Positions 9,441 to 17,171 of a stretch of 28,091 nt of DNA are shown one piece after another. Each line of letters opens with the position of its first letter. Positions within the stretch are counted from its first letter, which is position 1. The position numbers and the translations under genes were made by a program. A model generated the notes under the pieces. That model worked only from the letters and a program-made list of their open reading frames with translations. It was not told where the DNA came from and did not search any database. This DNA comes from an uncultured virus (IMG/VR IMGVR_UViG_3300011855_000048) (taxonomy: Duplodnaviria; Heunggongvirae; Uroviricota; Caudoviricetes), in IMG/VR virus record IMGVR_UViG_3300011855_000048, positions 62,001 through 90,091 of that record; one strand, 5' to 3'.

Positions 9441-10170
9441 TGAGATCACGTTCTCCGTTGCCGTCATCAATGCCAGCATCACGGCGCAGGCGATCCGCTT
9501 CCAGCGATACTTTGTCAGTAGCCGCCACGCGGTAATCGGTGTCGGCAGAGATTTTGCCGACAGTGGCCAGCGTGCCCACGATGGACTCTATGCGTACCGT
9601 GTTGCGCAGCATCGCCTTGTCAGCGGCAACCATAAGCGCCGCCAGCTTATCCCGAACCTCGTCGCTTTCCGCATCCTCAAGCATCGTCTGCCAGCGCCCG
9701 ATGTTCTCAGCAGCGGTCAGGTTGTTGGCCCGGAGCCGGAATAGTTCATCCTCCAGCGTCAGCGCTCTGGCATCTTCGATAACCTCATCTTTCAGCAGGA
9801 GCCGGCGGGCGTAGCCACCGTGCTTGAGAGCGTGCTGGTTGCCAGGCTGGAACGGGGGATGGTTGGTCACTACCTTGCGGCGTGCCGGTTCGGGTTTCGT
9901 ATCTGGAGGCCGTTCGCTTTCTGACTGCGCACCGCTATGCGTACCGCCAGAGCTGGTCGGCTTCGCCGTGGTACGCGGCTTACCCTTATGCGTACCACTC
10001 TGCGTACCGTTTTTGCGTACCTGCGTACCGCCCTTGCGTACCCATCCATCGCGCTTGGCTCTCTTCCTGATTGCCCCTTCAGTGACGCCGTACTGCGCGC
10101 CTATTTCACGGAGGCTCAATGCCCCGGCCCGGTACGCCGTTTCGATGGCCTCCCAGTCCGGTTTTGCCAT
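9367..10170 (-). CDS. terS: Terminase small subunit
   Basis: N-terminal HTH MAKPDWEAIETAYRAG...IRKRAKRDGW; GNQHALKHGGY motif; immediately upstream of terL. Confidence 0.88.
   Translation of the reverse strand: MAKPDWEAIETAYRAGALSLREIGAQYGVTEGAIRKRAKRDGWVRKGGTQVRKNGTQSGTHKGKPRTTAKPTSSGGTHSGAQSESERPPDTKPEPARRKVVTNHPPFQPGNQHALKHGGYARRLLLKDEVIEDARALTLEDELFRLRANNLTAAENIGRWQTMLEDAESDEVRDKLAALMVAADKAMLRNTVRIESIVGTLATVGKISADTDYRVAATDKVSLEADRLRRDAGIDDGNGERDLNDFYSDLQADTESGPAELLDDTGA
9938..10042. repeat. Array of TGCGTACC octamers in terS
   Basis: Direct copies start at 9938, 9989, 10001, 10014, 10022, 10035; inverted GGTACGC at 9970. Confidence 0.9.
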
Positions 10171-10234
10171 TGTTCTGTTCCTGTGGTTAAAGCCATTATC
10201 GAGACCCCGCAGAGGCGGAGGCTCTGTAATGACG

Positions 10235-10378
10235 TTATTGGGATTGACTAACCCAGTTGTTAAAGGCTTCTACTGGTGAAACGCCCTGACCAACTGGGCA
10301 ATTCAAGAAAATTGCGTCGCTCCTGACATAGCAGAAGTATGTTCCTGCATGAATGTGAATTTTCGGCTTCTTGTTCAT
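10235..10378 (-). CDS. Small hypothetical protein, 47 aa (not in ORF track)
   Basis: MNKKPKIHIHAGTYFCYVRSDAIFLNCPVGQGVSPVEAFNNWVSQSQ; ATGA overlap with the o-spanin stop; GAGG RBS. Confidence 0.65.
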   Translation of the reverse strand: MNKKPKIHIHAGTYFCYVRSDAIFLNCPVGQGVSPVEAFNNWVSQSQ

Positions 10379-10632
10379 TGAGTTTGTCCTCGCTCTTTCT
10401 CAATTGCCTTGATATCTGCCTTATCCCGGTTGCACTGTGCCAGCGCAGACAGCAGGCTGACGTTCAAGTCCAGGCTACCGCCCCACGTCAGCGGTTCCGG
10501 CACCTCAGGCTGCGGAGTATCAGCGGTCAGACTGGCCGGCAGCGGCACGTACGGCACCGGCACGTAAACTGTCCGCGTACTCCCGCAGCCGGTCAGCTGC
10601 ACCAGCAGGCACAACGCGAACAGCGCAATCAT
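10375..10632 (-). CDS. Rz1: o-spanin (Rz1-like lipoprotein); alternative GTG start at 10659
   Basis: Lipobox LTGC then Pro-rich mature domain; overlaps the 3' part of Rz in another frame. Confidence 0.85.
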   Translation of the reverse strand: MIALFALCLLVQLTGCGSTRTVYVPVPYVPLPASLTADTPQPEVPEPLTWGGSLDLNVSLLSALAQCNRDKADIKAIEKERGQTQ

Positions 10633-10912
10633 CGCCCGCGACAGCAGCTTTGATGTCACGCGAGGCTCGCGATGACTCCAGTGCGATCTGCTCTTTAGCA
10701 TGCCGGTTGGCCTCAGTGATTTGGTTCATGATTGAGACGGTGCGCAGAACGTTTGCCGTAATGGTCTCGGTAGAGTCGGCGCGTTGCTCTGCGGCATCCG
10801 CCCTCTTCTGCTCTGCGAGGTATTTGTCGTAGTAATGGGCGGCGGCCCAGAGAATCCCGGCGATGACCGACGCCAAGACGGCCAGTGCGATAAGTCGATA
10901 TCGCAGGGTCAT
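10520..10912 (-). CDS. Rz: i-spanin (Rz-like)
   Basis: N-terminal TM helix plus coiled coil; starts at endolysin stop (TGATG). Confidence 0.85.
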   Translation of the reverse strand: MTLRYRLIALAVLASVIAGILWAAAHYYDKYLAEQKRADAAEQRADSTETITANVLRTVSIMNQITEANRHAKEQIALESSRASRDIKAAVAGDDCAVRVVPAGAADRLREYADSLRAGAVRAAAGQSDR

Positions 10913-11442
10913 CAGTCTATCCCCCAGCACGCAAGGGCGCTTTCCTGGTCCCTGCGGGAAACCTGCCCGTAGCAGTTATTCGACCGAACCCGGCAGTCCT
11001 TGCCGCCGTCCTTTATCCACCAGCGAATAGCCTCGCATGCACCGCGGCGGTCGCCGGCATTGATGCGCTGGTAAAACGTTGACGGAAAGCACTTCCCAGG
11101 TCCGATGTTGTACGGGCAGAACGAGGCAATGCCGACCTTCTGCGGCGGAGTCAGTGGGGCGTGGATGTTTTTTTCTACCCACGCCAGCGCCTTATTGCGC
11201 TCGATGGCGTTCACAGCGTCGCATTTAGCCTGCGTCAGCTTCATACCCTGCACCACCGGGCGTCCATCCACTCGCGTAGCGCCGCGGCAAATCGTCCAGA
11301 TGCCCTGGCTGCCATCGCGGTACGCGGTAAGGCTGTTGCCCTCTTTCTCATTCAGAAACTGGTCCATCAGCACCGGCGCCGACGCGCCAGCAGCAATAAG
11401 CCCCAGCATGGCGGCGCTAAGTTTTGCTCTGGTCGATGCCAT
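10912..11442 (-). CDS. SAR endolysin (phage lysozyme, R21-like)
   Basis: Ala/Gly-rich N-terminal SAR segment; catalytic E..D..T in EGNSLTAYRDGSQGIWTIC. Confidence 0.92.
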   Translation of the reverse strand: MASTRAKLSAAMLGLIAAGASAPVLMDQFLNEKEGNSLTAYRDGSQGIWTICRGATRVDGRPVVQGMKLTQAKCDAVNAIERNKALAWVEKNIHAPLTPPQKVGIASFCPYNIGPGKCFPSTFYQRINAGDRRGACEAIRWWIKDGGKDCRVRSNNCYGQVSRRDQESALACWGID

Positions 11443-11443
11443 A

Positions 11444-11692
11444 TCAGTTGTCCTGCGGTGGAGAGGTCACGTAGCCGCGGGCGAGAGCCTGCTCATAGGC
11501 TTTCGTCTGCCGGCGCTTGAAATAGAGGTTGGTGAAATATGTCGCGATACCGAGAACCACGCCGCTGGCCAGCGCGATGAAGTTCCAGTCTAGGCCGTGA
11601 AACCAGTCATACATGCGTGCCAGTCCCGTGCAAATTAGGCCGCCTGACGTGCAGTACGTGGCCGCCGAAAAGATTTTGTCAGGCATTTTCAT
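11444..11692 (-). CDS. Class II holin (S21 pinholin-like), dual start Met-Lys-Met
   Basis: Two hydrophobic segments, TYFTNLYFKRR motif; ATGs at 11692 and 11686. Confidence 0.85.
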   Translation of the reverse strand: MKMPDKIFSAATYCTSGGLICTGLARMYDWFHGLDWNFIALASGVVLGIATYFTNLYFKRRQTKAYEQALARGYVTSPPQDN

Positions 11693-11788
11693 AGTCTCCA
11701 CCTCGCTAGGCGGGTGTCGTTGATAATGGGTTCAGGCCTCCGGGCTGGATTAACAACAGCGCACGTCGATGATTTTTCCCGGGGCCTG

Positions 11789-11819
11789 AAAACAGAAAGG
11801 GTTCGCCGAAGCGAACCCT
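11789..11819 (-). terminator. Intrinsic terminator downstream of moron
   Basis: Minus strand AGGGTTCGC-TTCG-GCGAACCCT-TTCTGTTTT. Confidence 0.85.
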
Positions 11820-11871
11820 AGAAGGTTAAATTTTTTATAAACCAGATAGGAAGTTATTGCATCACAGAATG

Positions 11872-12120
11872 TCAATCATTCCAATCACTGGTAATGCGAA
11901 GAATCCTTTCTGAAGAATTATTGAACTCATAAACAAAGTCTGCATGGTTAGGATAAGAACTTCCATTAAACCAGACTGTTAGCGTTCCTTTGTGTGGAAA
12001 TTTATCAGTATTAAAGCTGGGATTGATCTCCCTAATGTTTTCTAAATGAGAGTAGTGCTCACGCGCTTTTACGCTAACCTCCTCCCTGGTCTCATAAGGT
12101 ACAGAATCACCTTTAGCCAC
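11872..12120 (-). CDS. AT-rich moron, 82-aa hypothetical protein
   Basis: GTG start; visibly AT-rich relative to flanks; bracketed by terminators. Confidence 0.65.
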   Translation of the reverse strand: MAKGDSVPYETREEVSVKAREHYSHLENIREINPSFNTDKFPHKGTLTVWFNGSSYPNHADFVYEFNNSSERILRITSDWND

Positions 12121-12165
12121 TTAACCATCCCCCGGCAGGAAATTGAGATCTAATTGTATGGCATT

Positions 12166-12198
12166 AAAAATAAAAACCCAAGGCGTTAACTTGGGCTT
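12166..12198 (-). terminator. tR'-like terminator
   Basis: Minus strand CCCAAG-TTAACGC-CTTGGG-TTTTTATTTTT, about 60-80 nt after the PR' start. Confidence 0.75.
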
Positions 12199-12254
12199 GA
12201 AATTTCCTCTAATGCCAATGCGTATAACAGTGGCACAATATCAGATTTACACGA

Positions 12255-12283
12255 AATATATGCCGTTTAATTGATTTTTGCAA
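12255..12283 (-). promoter_or_regulatory. Late promoter PR'
   Basis: TTGCAA-17 bp-TATATT overlapping the end of Q; early transcript carries a -10-like pause element (TATTGT). Confidence 0.75.
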
Positions 12284-12956
12284 TACCCTGCATCGAATTA
12301 GCTGCCTTTTGTTCAGAACGTGATCTTGATACTGATATGAGTGCGTCGCTATCCAGCCTCAAAAATAGCCCGGTCATGGCCCGCCAATGGTCAGCGTAAT
12401 TGTGGCTCCAGTTATCCGGCTTGACGCCCACCAGTGCTGCCAAATCCGCATACTGATACTGCTCGCGCCCCAGCAACCTCGCTTTCACGTCCTGCGCTGC
12501 CAGCCAGATGAGTTGCCGCAGGCGGTCAGTAGTCTTCTTCGCCACCCGCTTCCCCACCAGTTTCTCGCTGAACTGTTCCCATCCCCACCGAGTTATGCTG
12601 ACCTGGTTTTCCCAGCTGGTGTTTTCACTGTAGCTCCACAACAACCACGCTTTGTACTGCTCATCGAGCGACATCAGCGCCCGGCGCCAGGATGCCGTGG
12701 AGTATTCGACCGGCTGCACCAGCGGGATATGCGAGCCTTTAGCGTGCGACTGCTTGCCGGAGATCGGCGGATTATTCAGCGTTATCATTTTCCCGGTCAC
12801 CTCATCCCGTACTCGTAACTTCTTTCGCGGGTAGGTGTTGGTGTCAAACTGCGCGTTCTCCAGCCAGGCCATCAACTGGCCCTTTGTCGCCCCACTCAGG
12901 TCGGCGGTGGCCGTAATCAGCTGCTGGCGAACGTACTCTAAATATTGCTGCGTCAT
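12267..12956 (-). CDS. Q: Late antiterminator Q (phage 82-type)
   Basis: LEYVRQQL...ATADLSGATKGQL, STASWRRA, LIWLAAQDVK motifs; upstream of lysis cassette. Confidence 0.9.
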   Translation of the reverse strand: MTQQYLEYVRQQLITATADLSGATKGQLMAWLENAQFDTNTYPRKKLRVRDEVTGKMITLNNPPISGKQSHAKGSHIPLVQPVEYSTASWRRALMSLDEQYKAWLLWSYSENTSWENQVSITRWGWEQFSEKLVGKRVAKKTTDRLRQLIWLAAQDVKARLLGREQYQYADLAALVGVKPDNWSHNYADHWRAMTGLFLRLDSDALISVSRSRSEQKAANSMQGIAKIN

Positions 12957-13537
12957 GCGGCCTCCTGGTTTTTGATGAAGCGAAGTTTCGCCCGGGCGTC
13001 GGCGCGGATGCCGGCCAGATCCTCCCGAGTGTATCGGTGGGTTTCGTTGTTATTCTCCAGCGCCTGCACGCGCTCTTCGCCAATCAGGCGGACAAGGTTT
13101 GCCCGGTACGCCTCGATGTTGCCGGATTTATGAACGTTACAGGCTGAGCACTGGAGCCAGATATTGTCGGGGTTGAATCGGAGTTGCGGGGCGGCGGCCG
13201 TAGTCCGGTAGTGGCCGGCGTGCCAGGCGATCGCCGTGTGGGTGCCGCAGGATATGCAGCCATATCCAGCCACCAGCAGCATTTCCCGGCGCCAGTCGTT
13301 TACGGCGCGCTGGGTCATGTTTATCCAGTGACCGAGGGGCTTCACCGCGGCTTTCTTCTCACGCCATGCTGCTCGCTGCTTTTTCTCAACTGATTTGCGT
13401 TTCTTCGCTCTACTCTTCTCCAGCTCCTGCAGGGCGAACTGCGATCCGTGCTCCGGGCAGCACCAGCGCTGATTTTCGAAAGCAGGCGTGAACTTAGCCC
13501 GGCATATTTTGCAGCGGCGCTGCGGATTCTTAGGCAT
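12953..13537 (-). CDS. ninG: NinG (Rap) recombination endonuclease
   Basis: RRCKIC, CISCG, AGHYRT, LRFNPDNIWLQC..CN..KSGN motifs. Confidence 0.92.
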   Translation of the reverse strand: MPKNPQRRCKICRAKFTPAFENQRWCCPEHGSQFALQELEKSRAKKRKSVEKKQRAAWREKKAAVKPLGHWINMTQRAVNDWRREMLLVAGYGCISCGTHTAIAWHAGHYRTTAAAPQLRFNPDNIWLQCSACNVHKSGNIEAYRANLVRLIGEERVQALENNNETHRYTREDLAGIRADARAKLRFIKNQEAA

Positions 13538-13700
13538 GCCGCCTCCTTGCCGCCAGACGCAGCCACTTCTGATTCACCAGCCGTGAGGTATAGTCCTTCA
13601 GCGTCGGGATGTCCGACGGTTTAATCTCCGGCTTGCGCTTACCGCGCGCCGGCACGCGAAATATGCGGTTTGAGATTACGCGGGCGAGCGGACTATTCAT
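13530..13700 (-). CDS. ninE: NinE-like protein
   Basis: ATG 13700; IFRVP.R..RK...PSDIPT...Y...L...KWLR motif; lies between ninB and ninG. Confidence 0.7.
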   Translation of the reverse strand: MNSPLARVISNRIFRVPARGKRKPEIKPSDIPTLKDYTSRLVNQKWLRLAARRRHA

Positions 13701-14142
13701 TGCGCTCGCTCCACCACTTTGCCCACTCAATTTCAGCGCGTGATTTTTCGCTGAACCTGACGTTCTGCTGAGTGCCGAACCAGTAAATCGCCTCGATTAC
13801 CTCCACCATCTGGCGGACCGTCATCTTGCTGGTACGCTGTCCGAACATCACAATGCCGCCGTCAAGCCCCGGAGCCATCCTCTGCTCTTCCTTCCTGGAT
13901 TTCGCCACCATGGCTGTGATGAGGTCTTTCCAGTCGTCAGCATCGTATTTGCTGCCGAACCAGGTAACCTGGTCGGAGAGGTCTTTCAGGAGCGGCCACA
14001 TTTTGCGGTTCTGGATTGCGGTTCGCGTAGCTTCTTTGATATCGAGAACCAGCGGGCGCTTATCGCTCACCGGTAGCGTGCGTATGAAGTTTATTGCGTT
14101 CTGCTTGACGCTTTCGTTGATGAGATGGAATTGCTGCTTCAC
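13693..14142 (-). CDS. ninB: NinB (Orf) recombination protein
   Basis: RTAIQNRKMWPLL.DLS.QV.W, WKDL, GQRTSKM, FGTQQNVRFS motifs; GTG start. Confidence 0.92.
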   Translation of the reverse strand: MKQQFHLINESVKQNAINFIRTLPVSDKRPLVLDIKEATRTAIQNRKMWPLLKDLSDQVTWFGSKYDADDWKDLITAMVAKSRKEEQRMAPGLDGGIVMFGQRTSKMTVRQMVEVIEAIYWFGTQQNVRFSEKSRAEIEWAKWWSERNE

Positions 14143-14237
14143 GCGTCACCTCCGCAGAGGCCTAACGCTGAATACAGGTAATCGCAGGCGCATTTCTGCG
14201 TCTGTCGCGGAGCTGTGTTGCAGTTTGAATGCGCCAT
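14139..14237 (-). CDS. 32-aa leader ORF coupled to ninB
   Basis: MAHSNCNTAPRQTQKCACDYLYSALGLCGGDA; GGAG RBS; stop overlaps ninB start (GTGA). Confidence 0.6.
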   Translation of the reverse strand: MAHSNCNTAPRQTQKCACDYLYSALGLCGGDA

Positions 14238-14279
14238 GATTTCTCCTGGCGCAGCAGGTGTCGGTTGTTCATGCCGATA

Positions 14280-14313
14280 CTGACATTATGTACAGCAACT
14301 GCCTTTATCGCAA
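14280..14313 (-). promoter_or_regulatory. Sigma70 promoter with overlapping LexA-like box
   Basis: TTGCGA-17-CATAAT; CTGTACATAATGTCAG (CTG-N10-CAG) at 14280-14295. Confidence 0.6.
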
Positions 14314-14314
14314 T

Positions 14315-14337
14315 AAAAAAAGCCTCCGAAGAGGCTT
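14315..14337 (-). terminator. Intrinsic terminator ending the PR early operon
   Basis: Minus strand AAGCCTC-TTCG-GAGGCTT-TTTTT. Confidence 0.88.
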
Positions 14338-14363
14338 GTAACTTACTGATTATTCGTGACATG

Positions 14364-14702
14364 TCACGATGATAACTTGGTCTCATGCCAGCCAGCTGAC
14401 ACCCAGCACTGCGAGTCGCCAGCGCAGGGGCATGACGTCACCGGCAGCCGCTCTCCGCATTTACCGCAGCAGCGCTTACTCAGCGACTTTATGAGGCCGC
14501 GCACGCGGGCGTCGTCCTGGCGGATTAGCAGGGCTATATACTCCGCAGTGTCGTACGGCGCACGACCTGGGCGCCGTACGGCGCAGTTGCGCGCAAGCAT
14601 CTCCTGCTCCTGTTCGTCAAGAATCAGCTCAAGTTTGCGCTCTCCGGCCGCTGCCTGGCGGGCCCGCTGTGCGGCTTTGCGCTCTGCGGCAGACTTTGCC
14701 AT
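14364..14702 (-). CDS. Phage hypothetical protein with C-terminal Cys cluster (probable Zn/DNA binding)
   Basis: ATG 14702 overlaps MTase stop; MAKSAAERKAAQRARQ...CGKCGERLP...C.C....CW. Confidence 0.75.
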   Translation of the reverse strand: MAKSAAERKAAQRARQAAAGERKLELILDEQEQEMLARNCAVRRPGRAPYDTAEYIALLIRQDDARVRGLIKSLSKRCCGKCGERLPVTSCPCAGDSQCWVSAGWHETKLSS

Positions 14703-16558
14703 TATGCAGCCTCCTGTTTCTGACACAGTTCAGGCAGGTTTGCGCGCACCAGCGCCTCAGCAAACGGCGGCGGCACCGCGTTGCCACAGCGTGCGACCTG
14801 CTTGTCTTTGGCATACTTCACGCCGCGATAATCTTGATCGATGATGTACCAGTCCGGGAATCCCTGCGCCCTGTATAGCTCATGTGGCTGCAGCATACGC
14901 ATTCCGATATCAACGATGCGATACGTCACCCCGTCAATTTCCACCAGCCCCGTCGATTCCGGCCCACAGTATTCACGAAGGAATGCCAGCGCCTGCTGCG
15001 CACGCTGTTCGTCGTAGCCATCCACAGCCAGGCTTGTACTAACCTCGCCAAAATGCGTACCACCAGCGGTTACCGTTTGCAGCGGGGTATCAGTAGGCTG
15101 TCCAATATTGGTGCCGCGCAATTTGATGAGATGCGATGTCACTGCCGCATGATGATCCAATGTCGTCACTGAATGAAATGGCTCATCCATCCGTACGCCG
15201 GGGCCGGTATAATTTCCGCCATAGTGTTTTGCCAGGAATGCCGATACAAGCTGTGATTTACCGCCCCCACCGGCCGTTACCGTAGCGCTGGGTTCATCAG
15301 CCCGGTGGCCGACGCTAGCACCAAACTGCCGGGCGATAACTGGGGCTATAACACACGCGTGGTTCGTATTGCACAGCGTATGCATCGGCTGTTCGGCGCT
15401 GCGCGGTTTTGCGGAGTATTTTGGCCCACCAGCACCAGCGATGAATGGCGCCAGAGCCGCCTCAACCAACCCCAGTGCATGACCATTGCCGCCTGGCCGT
15501 GTGGACGTTCCCGCCGTTACTGTCGGTACAGGCTCTGTGACCGGCTGCCCGGTAGCTCCAGTGCGAAATTTTGTCAGGTGCGGAACAGCTACGGCATAGC
15601 CATGAGTCTTGGTGATGGTCTGCAGTGGCTCCGCCAGCGATTGACCCCGGAAATAGTCGTACGTCCCGCGCGTCGTCGTGTGGTTGCATTTCACGATAAA
15701 CGGCTGAGCGCTGTCGATAACGAACCGCTGAATGCCGCGGGCGATACGCTTGAGCGTGTTTTCCGCCAGTGGGCGTTTGCGGTCGAATATTGACGGCGCC
15801 GGGATGGACCAGTCGATACACTCCGCCGCGGTGCGCCACGGCGCCAGCTTCCCGGCCAGCACCGCCGGTGATTTCGGATCCCCGTGGCTAGCCTCCGGCC
15901 ATACTATCGGCTGCCCGTCTCGGCGCATCACCATAAAAAAACGTTTCCTGATCGTCGGCGCACCGTAGTCGCACGCCCGCAACTCCCGGAAATCTACGTC
16001 ATAGCTCAGCCCGCTAACCAGCCTCTGCGCCTGCTCGCTAGCCGTCGACATCGACAGAAAATCGCAACACTCAACCAGCGCCGGGTGTTCCTCCGGCACG
16101 CCGGTGGTCAGCATTCCAACGAACGCCCGGAACGTCTCTCCCGCGCGAGCCGGGTCAGGGCGCATTTCCGGTGCCAGCAGTGGCCCCCACGTTCTGAACT
16201 CCTCCACGTTCTCCAGCATCATCACGCGCGGCCCCACGTCCAGCGCCCACCGGATTACAATCCACGCCAGGCCCCTGATGGATTTCTCTACCGGCTTAGC
16301 CCCTTTCGCTTTTGAAAAATGGCGGCAATCCGGCGAGAACCACGCCAGCCCCACCGGACGGCCGGCGGTAGCCGCGCGCGGATGAATATCGAATACTGAT
16401 TCGCAATAGTGTAGCGTGTCGGGGTGGTTAGTTGTGTGCATCGCGACCGCGTTAGGGTCATGGTTAATCGCTATATCGACGCTACGGCCGATCGCCATTT
16501 CAATACCGGTGCTGGCCCCGCCGCCGCCGGCAAAATTATCAACGATGATTTCTCTCAC
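14702..16558 (-). CDS. DNA (cytosine-5) methyltransferase
   Basis: Motif I FAGGGG, IV SPDC, VI ENV, VIII RKR, IX QGFP, X GNAV; GTG start at 16558 overlapping upstream stop. Confidence 0.93.
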   Translation of the reverse strand: MREIIVDNFAGGGGASTGIEMAIGRSVDIAINHDPNAVAMHTTNHPDTLHYCESVFDIHPRAATAGRPVGLAWFSPDCRHFSKAKGAKPVEKSIRGLAWIVIRWALDVGPRVMMLENVEEFRTWGPLLAPEMRPDPARAGETFRAFVGMLTTGVPEEHPALVECCDFLSMSTASEQAQRLVSGLSYDVDFRELRACDYGAPTIRKRFFMVMRRDGQPIVWPEASHGDPKSPAVLAGKLAPWRTAAECIDWSIPAPSIFDRKRPLAENTLKRIARGIQRFVIDSAQPFIVKCNHTTTRGTYDYFRGQSLAEPLQTITKTHGYAVAVPHLTKFRTGATGQPVTEPVPTVTAGTSTRPGGNGHALGLVEAALAPFIAGAGGPKYSAKPRSAEQPMHTLCNTNHACVIAPVIARQFGASVGHRADEPSATVTAGGGGKSQLVSAFLAKHYGGNYTGPGVRMDEPFHSVTTLDHHAAVTSHLIKLRGTNIGQPTDTPLQTVTAGGTHFGEVSTSLAVDGYDEQRAQQALAFLREYCGPESTGLVEIDGVTYRIVDIGMRMLQPHELYRAQGFPDWYIIDQDYRGVKYAKDKQVARCGNAVPPPFAEALVRANLPELCQKQEAA

Positions 16559-16815
16559 GCGTATTTCTCCATAGCTGCGGCCAGCGAACGGGCAGCGGCG
16601 ATAATTGACGGTACTGGCATTTTTTCCAGCCACATGCGGTTGATGTGGTGCTGCAGGCGGCGCTGATGGTGCGCAGGTAGACCCCCGGCATTTTCCACCT
16701 GACCGAATACCATGCCCACCTCAGCCGGCCAGACAGTTTCCGGAACATCGGGCAGCAGCAGGCGCTCCAGCTCGGTGATACGCTTGCATGCGTACTCCAG
16801 GGATGGCTCCATCAC
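16555..16815 (-). CDS. Hypothetical phage protein
   Basis: 86 aa, coupled to both neighbours. Confidence 0.7.
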   Translation of the reverse strand: MMEPSLEYACKRITELERLLLPDVPETVWPAEVGMVFGQVENAGGLPAHHQRRLQHHINRMWLEKMPVPSIIAAARSLAAAMEKYA

Positions 16816-17171
16816 TCACCTCCCTGACACTTCTCAAACCAGAAAACCACCGGGTCTGGCTTCATAGATACCAGCCCCATACGGACCAGCGCTTTGCCCT
16901 TCCCTGACGCCAGGAATTCGCGGCGGCCATCGCCGATGATGCGCCGGTAATCCTCTAAGCTGCTGCAGTGTTTGTGCAGGTTGCACGGATGGCAGGCCGC
17001 GACCAGGTTGCTGATATCATCGCGCTCCTGATGCAACATCTTGCCGTTAAAGCGAATGACCGGCTGAACATGGTCTGCATGCCATTTATCGCCAAGCTCG
17101 CCTCCGCAATATGCACAGCGCCCTGAGAACTTAATACGGAGCTGCTCTCGCTGAATTTTGTTCAGACGCAT
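16812..17171 (-). CDS. HNH endonuclease
   Basis: GRCAYCG...WHADHVQP...NLVAACHPCNLHK. Confidence 0.88.
   Translation of the reverse strand: MRLNKIQREQLRIKFSGRCAYCGGELGDKWHADHVQPVIRFNGKMLHQERDDISNLVAACHPCNLHKHCSSLEDYRRIIGDGRREFLASGKGKALVRMGLVSMKPDPVVFWFEKCQGGE

Noticed and set aside
9938..10042. terS repeats or O iterons as a CRISPR array
   Set aside because: Units too short, no unique spacers, inside coding genes, no cas genes
11700..12260. tRNA genes in the Q-lysis interval
   Set aside because: No cloverleaf or T-loop/CCA pattern found; the GGTTCG at about 11800 is part of a terminator stem
14356..14367. GTGACATGTCAC as a matS site
   Set aside because: matS is 13 bp (GTGAC-RNY-GTCAC); this has a 2-bp centre
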